Source: Candidatus Micrarchaeota archaeon
Lineage (GTDB): Archaea; Micrarchaeota; Micrarchaeia; Anstonellales; Bilamarchaeaceae
Length of the DNA stretch: 16,629 bases
Reading direction: 5' to 3'
NCBI GenBank assembly: GCA_040753215.1
Contig: JBFMEZ010000018.1
Location: forward strand, 1 to 16,629
Numbering within the stretch: the stretch's first letter is position 1; each line of letters opens with the position of its first letter. Of this stretch, positions 1 through 5,977 are shown piece by piece. The position numbers and the translations under genes are program-made. Below the pieces are notes generated by a model. It was not told the DNA's origin. It saw only the letters and a program-made list of their open reading frames with translations, and did no database searches.

Positions 1-56
1 GTGCAGCCAGGAACCTCAAGAGGGTGTGGGCGAAGCAGAAAAGAAACAATCATTAG
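1..56 (+). CDS. 3' end of a transposase, IS1182-like DDE (partial, runs off the window)
   Basis: The frame from nt 3 reads AARNLKRVWAKQKRNNH* (TAG 54-56). It resembles the 'C.A.NLKR' C-terminus of IS1182-type transposases and is followed by an IR-like end at 110-126. Only 17 codons are visible. Confidence 0.55.
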   Translation, partial: AARNLKRVWAKQKRNNH

Positions 57-126
57 GCCTGCCGGTGGGAATTTTCATAGTCTGCATCATTACATCTGGT
101 TCTGAGACCAATTGCCGGACAGTCTG
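1..126 (+). mobile_element. Right end of an IS1182-like insertion sequence; candidate terminal IR at 110-126
   Basis: AATTGCCGGACAGTCTG at 110-126 resembles the ...GGACAG(C/T)CTG ends I recall for IS1182-family elements. The sequence changes abruptly into a half-hairpin at 127. The partner IR lies outside the window. Confidence 0.5.
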
Positions 127-241
127 TAAAGGCCGTGGCTTCTTCGTAGATAAAGGGCAAATGTATTCCTGCTGCCTTTAGAGGAAGCCTCGGCTCTCCT
201 CCCCGGCATAAATGCCGAGGCTTCCGAGCCGTGGAGGTTCA
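127..241 (-). mobile_element. Small non-coding IS200/IS605-derived element (MITE/PATE-like), interrupted in its second hairpin
   Basis: The minus strand reads TTTAC|TGAACC...GGAAGCCTCGGCATTTATGCCGGGGAGGAG... and then AAGAAGCCACGGCCTTTA| at the IS junction. Both match the GAAGCC-stem-TTTA-stem subterminal hairpin style of IS605/tnpB elements. There is also a perfect 12-bp IR at 183-194/214-225. Confidence 0.55.
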
Positions 242-343
242 GTAAAGATGGGGTTCCGGGAACTTGGCCGGCACGGAAGCCATATTCCTGAAGGAGTTGA
301 TGCCGAGCTAGCGGAGTTCCGCATAGATGTTTCCGCACACTGA
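242..343 (+). pseudogene. Possible HicA-like toxin fragment
   Basis: Translates as VKMGFRELGRHGSHI..., matching the HicA 'K.GF...GR.GSH' motif. The remainder lacks the expected 'VP.H.EL..GTL' segment and stops at TGA 341-343. Confidence 0.3.
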
Positions 344-363
344 TTTTTTCCGAGTGCGTCGCC

Positions 364-371
364 TTTATAAT
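364..371 (+). promoter_or_regulatory. Candidate TATA box of purH
   Basis: TTTATAAT lies 32 nt upstream of the purH ATG. Confidence 0.4.
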
Positions 372-403
372 TACAACCATTTTAGAGATATTAACTGTTT
401 CTT

Positions 404-1957
404 ATGGTCCAGGTAAAGCGAGCCCTGCTCAGCGTGTTTGAGAAGGAAGGGATTGTGGAACTGGCGAAATTCCTGCATGGGCGCGGAGTGGAAATTGTAT
501 CCAGCGGGGGGACCGCGAAGGCGCTCTCAGAGGCAGGCATACCTGTGGTGGAGGTCTCTTCCCTTACTGGTTTTCCGGAGATGATGGAGGGAAGAGTGAA
601 GACGCTCCATCCGAAAATATATGGAGGAATTCTTGCGGACAGGGGAAAGAAGGAGCATCTGGAGGAGGCGAAGAGGCTGGGGATTGGGCTCATTGATTTG
701 GTGGTGGTGAACCTTTACCCATTCGAAAAGGTGGTGGCTGAAGGGAAGCCGCATGAAGAGATTATTGAGATGATTGATATTGGCGGACCCACATTGGTGC
801 GGGCGGCGGCGAAGAACTACGAGAGCGTTGCGGTGGTCGTGAGCCCAAAGAGGTATGCTTCTATAATGGAAGAGATGAGGAGGGATGGGAAAATAAGCGA
901 AAAAATGAGGGAAGCGCTGGCGCTGGAAGCGTTTGAGCACATTTCCCATTATGATATCGTGATTGAGGGCTACTTGAGGAAGGCATTTGGGCTGGGAGGG
1001 GATTTCCCGGAAGTGCTCAACCTTTCTCTCAGGAAATTGCAGGACTTGAGGTATGGGGAAAATCCGCACCAGAAAGCTGCATTCTACAGGGACCCGAAGT
1101 TTTTCCAGCCCTGCGTGGCGAGCGCGGAACAATTGCAGGGGAAGCAATTATCCTACAATAATATACTGGATGCGAATGCGGCATTTGAGCTGGTGAAGGA
1201 GTTTGGGGAGCCCACCGCGGTGGTGGTGAAGCACAACAACCCGTGCGGGGTTGCATCGCACCCAGACATTGCGGAGGCATACAGGATTGCGAAATCCGTG
1301 GACCCGGAAGCGGCCTTCGGGGGCATAATTGCGGTAAATACAGAAGTGAATGGGAAATTGGCGAAAGAGGTTGCGAGCACTTTTGTTGAGGTCATTGTGG
1401 CGCCTTCCTATTCGAAAGAAGCGCTTGCGGAATTCAAGGGGAAAAAGAATTTGCGCGTGATGGAAGTGAAGAACGGGCACGTGAAGAGGCAGCCATACAG
1501 GGAGTACAGGTCGGTTGTGGGGGGGCTGCTGGTGCAGGATGCGAACGTGAAATTGTTTGAGGGCGAGCCGAAAGTGGTTACGAAGAGGGCGCCCACTCCT
1601 GCGGAAAGGGAATCCCTCTATTATGCGTGGACGATTGCGAAATATGTAAAATCGAATGCTATCGTATATGCGCGGGGGAAAAGAGCGGTGGGGATTGGGG
1701 CAGGGCAGATGAAGAGGATAGATGCGGCTAAGCTTGGGACCATGATTGCGAAATCCTTTGGGGAGGATTTGAAGGGCGTGGCGATGGCCAGCGATGCGTT
1801 CTTCCCGTTCAGGGACGGGATAGATTATGCCGCTTCGCTGGGGGTTACCGCAATTATACAGCCGGGCGGCTCAATAAAGGATGAAGAAGTGATTAAGGCG
1901 GCGGACGAGCATAATATTGCCATGCTGTTTACCGGAATAAGGCATTTCCGGCATTAG
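404..1957 (+). CDS. purH: Bifunctional AICAR transformylase / IMP cyclohydrolase
   Basis: 517 aa with hallmark motifs [88 protein letters not shown] and C-terminal TGIRHFRH. Confidence 0.98.
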   Translation: MVQVKRALLSVFEKEGIVELAKFLHGRGVEIVSSGGTAKALSEAGIPVVEVSSLTGFPEMMEGRVKTLHPKIYGGILADRGKKEHLEEAKRLGIGLIDLVVVNLYPFEKVVAEGKPHEEIIEMIDIGGPTLVRAAAKNYESVAVVVSPKRYASIMEEMRRDGKISEKMREALALEAFEHISHYDIVIEGYLRKAFGLGGDFPEVLNLSLRKLQDLRYGENPHQKAAFYRDPKFFQPCVASAEQLQGKQLSYNNILDANAAFELVKEFGEPTAVVVKHNNPCGVASHPDIAEAYRIAKSVDPEAAFGGIIAVNTEVNGKLAKEVASTFVEVIVAPSYSKEALAEFKGKKNLRVMEVKNGHVKRQPYREYRSVVGGLLVQDANVKLFEGEPKVVTKRAPTPAERESLYYAWTIAKYVKSNAIVYARGKRAVGIGAGQMKRIDAAKLGTMIAKSFGEDLKGVAMASDAFFPFRDGIDYAASLGVTAIIQPGGSIKDEEVIKAADEHNIAMLFTGIRHFRH

Positions 1958-1994
1958 GGGAATTGAAGCGGCGTAAGGAGCGCGTTTTTCCGAA

Positions 1995-2456
1995 TCAATC
2001 GCATTCCACAGAATCTATAATCCTGTCCACCATTTCCTTCTTGTTGTTGTACTGGTCCCTGCCACAGCCCACTATCGCTATGTAAGCGGTATCCCCTCCG
2101 CATGAGATTGCCCTTATCGAACCCTTGTATTGGTTGTTCTCATCGCTGGCCCTTACAGTGAAATCGGCTATGGATGAGCCGATATACTCGCTTTCAATTG
2201 TAAGGCCGGTGACACCTTCCCACATGCCCTTTATGTAATTTACAAATGCGCTGAAGTCGCGCTGGTTCTCGAATTTGCTTGCGGTTATCTGGCAGCCCTC
2301 GGAAGCGACCTTGAAGATTTCGTCGCCCTGCGTCTGCTGGACCGTTCCCGCGGGATAGGTCATGCTGAACGTATCGTCCGTAAAGGTTTCCCACCTGGGC
2401 CCTGCACAGCCGAAGAGGAGAAGCACCAAAAAGAAAGCGAGGTATGTAGTTTTCAT
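1995..2456 (-). CDS. Putative lipoprotein, PsbP/DcrB-like fold
   Basis: Signal peptide with lipobox LLFGC. 'WETFTDDTFSMTYPAG' and the C-terminal 'DRIIDSV' follow the PsbP-like pattern. The fold assignment is inference. Confidence 0.75.
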   Translation of the reverse strand: MKTTYLAFFLVLLLFGCAGPRWETFTDDTFSMTYPAGTVQQTQGDEIFKVASEGCQITASKFENQRDFSAFVNYIKGMWEGVTGLTIESEYIGSSIADFTVRASDENNQYKGSIRAISCGGDTAYIAIVGCGRDQYNNKKEMVDRIIDSVECD

Positions 2457-2478
2457 GGAACCATTTTGGGAACGAAGG

Positions 2479-2486
2479 CATAAAAA
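2479..2486 (-). promoter_or_regulatory. Candidate TATA box of the lipoprotein gene
   Basis: TTTTTATG lies 22 nt upstream of the ATG at 2456. Confidence 0.4.
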
Positions 2487-2488
2487 TA

Positions 2489-4000
2489 TTACAGGTTGCG
2501 GGCGTACTCTTCAGCGAGAAGGAGGTATTTCTCTATTTTCCTTTTTTCTTCATTTGAAGGGTGCTGGGAATATGTGTGGCAGGCGATTTTTGCCCGCACG
2601 TTTGCGCGGTAGCATTTGTAGTAATCGAGGAGGGAGGACATTCCCTCATCTTTTGAAAGGCGAAGGTATTCGGAAATGAATAGATGGGAGAAATCCTTCC
2701 TTCCGTATGCATCCAGATCCATCGCCATGAAACCTATGTCAGCTGAAGTGTCGGTGTAACGGAAGCTTTTGTTGAATTCTACGCAATCAAATATTGCGAT
2801 GGGTTCTGTGAGGAAGATGTTGCCGGAGTGGAGGTCTCCATGGCAGTCGCGGATGAAACTGTCTCTCTGGCGCCCGGTGAAGAGAGAGCGGTTTTTGCGG
2901 ACGAATTCGCCTGCTTTTTCCAGGATGAAATCTATTTTTCCTCCCATCCCAGAGGCTTTTTCCGCGGTTTCCCTCACCCCGCCCAAATCCGCGAACTGCT
3001 CTGCGGTCATTTCAGGGGAATTGTATTTAGTATCATGGATTACTTCTATTCTGGAATGGAAGTCCGAGATTATTTTTGCGATGGAGCGGATGTGGGCTTC
3101 GGTCACCTGCCCCTTCACGAGCATGTAGGACATCATTTTCTCATAGGGGAGCTGCTTCATTTTTATTGCATAATCAATGGGGAAGCCTGGGCCTCCGAAA
3201 GATGGGTGCGCGTTCATTGCGATGGGCACCACGCCTAGGTATACTTCCGGGCAGAGGCGGCGGTTGAGGCGGACTTCCTCCTCGCAATAGAATCTTCTCT
3301 TTTCGCGGGTGGAGAAATCAAGGAATGAGAATTTCACGGGCTTCTTTATCTTGTATGCGTATTCTCCGGTGAGGAAGACCCAGGAGATGTGGGTCTGGAG
3401 GAGCTTGATGCCGGATGATGGAGACTGGGCAGGATGTGCTGGATGCTGGAAACCGGGAACCGGATGCGGATATGAGGAGGGGGACTGGAGTTCGGGGATG
3501 AGGGGAGCGATGCCGGAAATGGAGCGGAGTATAGTTTGGATTGATTGTTCTACCGGAAGGGAAGTGTCTATCGTTATCCTCTCTCCGGTGAAGGGCTCAA
3601 AAGCCTTCTTCACTATGAGGTATTCCGCGAACTTCGCCTCGCTGCCGCCGCCCCTCTTTCCTGAAAGCCGTTCCTTCACCTTCTCCTCCGGGAGGGTGCA
3701 TTCCACGATGAAGAAGTCCGTGCCGGCGTTTTCAGCGGCTTCCTTCATCTTCTTTCTCAAGCTCTCCTTGTAGAAGGTCGCGTCCGCTATCACGCTCCTG
3801 CCTTCGGAAAGGGCTTTGGAAACACGGGAGACCATCTCCCCATAGATGAATGCCTTCTCTTCTTCGGAATAGGTGCGCTCCTTCAGCAGCTCCTTCCGTA
3901 TCATGTCCGAGCTTATGTGCGCCGCGCCGGTGTGGGAGGCGAGCTCCCTTGCAAGGCGGCTCTTCCCGGTTCCCGGAAGGCCCGCTATGAGGATGAGCAT
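2489..4000 (-). CDS. Fusion of a P-loop kinase (AAA_33/COG0645-like) and an aminoglycoside phosphotransferase-like kinase (COG2187-like)
   Basis: The N-terminal domain has Walker A GLPGTGKS, SSDMIRKEL and DATF. The C-terminal domain has YPHP..QTHISWVFLTG..AYKIKKPV, EVRLNRRL, HGDLHSGNI, DCVEF and YRANVRAKI. Confidence 0.9.
   Translation of the reverse strand: MLILIAGLPGTGKSRLARELASHTGAAHISSDMIRKELLKERTYSEEEKAFIYGEMVSRVSKALSEGRSVIADATFYKESLRKKMKEAAENAGTDFFIVECTLPEEKVKERLSGKRGGGSEAKFAEYLIVKKAFEPFTGERITIDTSLPVEQSIQTILRSISGIAPLIPELQSPSSYPHPVPGFQHPAHPAQSPSSGIKLLQTHISWVFLTGEYAYKIKKPVKFSFLDFSTREKRRFYCEEEVRLNRRLCPEVYLGVVPIAMNAHPSFGGPGFPIDYAIKMKQLPYEKMMSYMLVKGQVTEAHIRSIAKIISDFHSRIEVIHDTKYNSPEMTAEQFADLGGVRETAEKASGMGGKIDFILEKAGEFVRKNRSLFTGRQRDSFIRDCHGDLHSGNIFLTEPIAIFDCVEFNKSFRYTDTSADIGFMAMDLDAYGRKDFSHLFISEYLRLSKDEGMSSLLDYYKCYRANVRAKIACHTYSQHPSNEEKRKIEKYLLLAEEYARNL
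3407..3469. repeat. Degenerate 7-bp tandem repeat (9 units) inside the CDS
   Basis: gatgccg gatgatg gagactg ggcagga tgtgctg gatgctg gaaaccg ggaaccg gatgcgg. Confidence 0.6.
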
Positions 4001-4024
4001 GAGGCGTATTGCGGATAATAACTT

Positions 4025-4032
4025 ATTTAAAT
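4025..4032. promoter_or_regulatory. Palindromic TATA box probably shared by two divergent genes
   Basis: ATTTAAAT lies 24 nt from the ATG at 4000 (-) and 22 nt from the ATG at 4055 (+). Confidence 0.6.
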
Positions 4033-4054
4033 TTGCGGAGTCCTAAGCGCAGGC

Positions 4055-5242
4055 ATGGCGTTCGTGCTCGCGCTGCTCGTTTCCCTTGTGCTCGCATTCC
4101 TGCTCTCCGAAGCATTCAGGAAGATTGGCATACCAAGGGTGGTGGGGCAGATAGGCGCGGGGATAGTTCTCGGGATTCCCGTGATAAAGGAAATCGTCTT
4201 CCCGGGGGATGCGCTCATCGCCTTTGGCGAGTTTGCGGACATCGCGATGATACTGCTCTTCTTTTTCGTGGGGCTTGAGATGAACCTTCGCTCCTTCAGG
4301 AAGAACTTCAGGGAAGGGATGCTGATTTCGGTTTTCAGCACATCGGTGCCGTTCCTCATAGGGCTTGCCATTGGGCAATTTTTCGGGCTGGGGCTGATGG
4401 TAGGGGCGATTCTCGGAATAGCACTTGCTGTGAGTTCGCAGACGGTTACCTTCGACCTTCTTGAGGAATTCGGGCTCCTGAAAAGCAGGATTGGGAGCCT
4501 CATTATCGGAGCGGGAGCCATTGATGATGTTATTGAGTTCCTTATACTGAGCGTGATACTTGCATCCATCCAGCTTGCGGAGGCTACTGTGCTGGATATT
4601 GCAATCAGTGTGCTTGCATTCGTGGCGGCGATAGGTGTGTTCAAGCTTTTTGTAATACCATGGCTGCTCTCGGTTTTTGAAAAGGAGAAGAGCCAGCGCG
4701 CGCTGTTCATGGGGGCGCTGATAATAACCGCGCTCATGGCTTATCTTGCCACACTTCTGGGAATGAGCAGCCTCATAGGCGCATTTGCGGCGGGGGTGAT
4801 TGTGAGGCAGGTCCTGCTCACCGGCGAACACCCGCGGCCCTGGGAGGAGCATGCGATCGCAAAAACCCTGGATACGGTTTCTTTTGGCTTTTTTGTGCCC
4901 CTCTTCTTCGTGTTTGTGGGCCTGAATACTGATATTGGGGGCGCGGATAGCGTTGCGATGGGCATCATTCTCTCACTCCTCGCGATAGTTGGGACTGTGG
5001 GGGGAAGCACAATCGGAGCCCTTTTGAGCGGAAGAAGCGCCAGGGAAGGCATCACAATAGGCCTGGGGGTCACCCCGAAGGGAGATGTGGAGCTTGTGGT
5101 GGCGGTGCTCGCGCTTGAGGGCGGGCTCATAGGCGCGGGCCTGTTCTCCGCGATAGTCTTCATGGCGGTTGCGACGGCCCTCGTGGCGCCGGTGCTTTTC
5201 CGGCATTTCTGCGAAAAGTGGCAGAAAGAGCTGCGCGCTTAG
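4055..5242 (+). CDS. Cation:proton antiporter, CPA2 (NapA/Kef-like) family, without TrkA domains
   Basis: 395 aa polytopic membrane protein with motifs IPRVVGQIGAGIVLG, LLFFFVGLE, AGAIDDV, GAFAAG, FFVPLFFVFVGL and G.TPKGDV (a variant of PRGEV). Confidence 0.92.
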   Translation: MAFVLALLVSLVLAFLLSEAFRKIGIPRVVGQIGAGIVLGIPVIKEIVFPGDALIAFGEFADIAMILLFFFVGLEMNLRSFRKNFREGMLISVFSTSVPFLIGLAIGQFFGLGLMVGAILGIALAVSSQTVTFDLLEEFGLLKSRIGSLIIGAGAIDDVIEFLILSVILASIQLAEATVLDIAISVLAFVAAIGVFKLFVIPWLLSVFEKEKSQRALFMGALIITALMAYLATLLGMSSLIGAFAAGVIVRQVLLTGEHPRPWEEHAIAKTLDTVSFGFFVPLFFVFVGLNTDIGGADSVAMGIILSLLAIVGTVGGSTIGALLSGRSAREGITIGLGVTPKGDVELVVAVLALEGGLIGAGLFSAIVFMAVATALVAPVLFRHFCEKWQKELRA

Positions 5243-5302
5243 AGCCGGGCTATTTGGAAAATGCCCATCGGTATTTACGTGGTCGGAGGTTTTTGGTCCG
5301 CG

Positions 5303-5346
5303 ATTTTCCTGCTGGAAAATGCGCGCAGTTTCGCCGCAGCGAAACT
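5303..5346. repeat. Two adjacent tetraloop hairpins in the convergent intergenic region
   Basis: ATTTTCC-tgct-GGAAAAT (5303-5320) and AGTTTCGC-cgca-GCGAAACT (5327-5346), followed by a T-run at about 5354. Confidence 0.5.
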
Positions 5347-5422
5347 AGCGTCCTTTTTGCTTCCGAGCGAGCATGTGCGTAAGGAGGCGGGCAAAGAGTG
5401 ATGAGGAGAAGTGGGGGAGGGT

Positions 5423-5461
5423 CAGAAAAATAGAAAGAAATGGGGAGGGGCGCTCCCCTCC
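5423..5461 (-). terminator. Hairpin plus T-rich tract downstream of tRNA-Asp
   Basis: The minus strand reads GGAGGGG-agcg-CCCCTCC followed by CCATTTCTTTCTATTTTTCTG. Confidence 0.5.
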
Positions 5462-5472
5462 GCGTTTCTTCT

Positions 5473-5545
5473 CGCCTTGGCCGGGATTCGAACCCGGGTC
5501 ACCGGCTCGACAGGCCGGAATGCTGGACCACTACACTACCAAGGC
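5473..5545 (-). tRNA. tRNA-Asp (GTC), no intron, CCA not encoded
   Basis: Minus strand GCCTTGG TA GTGT AGTGGTCCA GCAT T CCGGC CT-GTC-GA GCCGG TGAC CCGGG TTCGAAT CCCGG CCAAGGC G folds into a full cloverleaf with discriminator G. Confidence 0.97.
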
Positions 5546-5601
5546 ATATTGCCCTCTGGCAGGGGAAATAAACTAGGTGAAGAAAAGAATAAAAAGGGAG
5601 G

Positions 5602-5897
5602 TCAGGCTTCCGGCTCTACCGGTGCCCCCTTCTTCCTCCTCTTCCAGAGGAAGATGCACTACAAGAAAAACGTCGACAGGACGTTCGTGAGGGTGTGAAC
5701 ATGGCCGTTGAAAAGCACCGAGGTGTCAATGATTCCGATAACTACAAGAAAGGCGGGTAGGTGCTGTTGCCGGCAATATTGCCGGTGAGCACAAAATCGT
5801 CCGAATAGGAGATGTTTGTGCAGTTATTAATGTTTGAGAGCGCATTCACTGGGGAAAGCAGGGCAAGAAGCACCAGTGCAATAAGCGCCCGCCTCAT
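5602..5897 (-). pseudogene. Internally deleted paralog of the adjacent giant surface glycoprotein
   Basis: ATG 5897 gives MRRALIALVLLALLSPVNALSNINNCTNISYSDDFVLTGNIAGNSTYPPFL* (stop at 5742). A shifted frame gives VIGIIDTSVLFNGHVHTLT...FFL* and then CIFLWKRRKKGAPVEPEA* (stop at 5602). These match the giant protein's TNISTCSNISLPGEYRLNNTLTGNGT, CIYINASNVLFSCAFKTLT and C-terminal FFWKRKKKKKAPVERED*. Confidence 0.8.
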
Positions 5898-5919
5898 GGG
5901 TGTGGCTACTCTGGTAAGG

Positions 5920-5927
5920 TATTAAAA
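5920..5927 (-). promoter_or_regulatory. Candidate TATA box of the remnant gene
   Basis: TTTTAATA lies 22 nt upstream of ATG 5897, the same spacing as for the intact genes. Confidence 0.55.
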
Positions 5928-5942
5928 GTTGTGTTCAACCCC

Positions 5943-5970
5943 GAAACCGGGAACTGGAAACCGGGAACTG
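5943..5970. repeat. 14-bp perfect tandem duplication (7-bp periodic)
   Basis: GAAACCGGGAACTG occurs twice in tandem. Confidence 0.85.
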
Positions 5971-5977
5971 AAATGGG

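Noticed and set aside
90..380. 96-aa minus-strand ORF
   Set aside because: It crosses the IS end, the mini-element and the purH promoter, and has no recognisable protein features.
5473..5545. tRNA-Asp as the att site of an integrated element
   Set aside because: I saw no duplicated tRNA 3' end and no integrase in the window, and the tRNA 3' end faces the housekeeping genes.
5373..5698. Plus-strand ORFs 5373-5576 and 5411-5698
   Set aside because: They are antisense to the tRNA and the remnant gene.
5659..5744. Amber readthrough or recoding (pyrrolysine) rescuing the remnant gene
   Set aside because: The two TAG codons are 83 bp apart and out of frame with each other, and TAG is a normal stop for purH, the antiporter and the giant gene.
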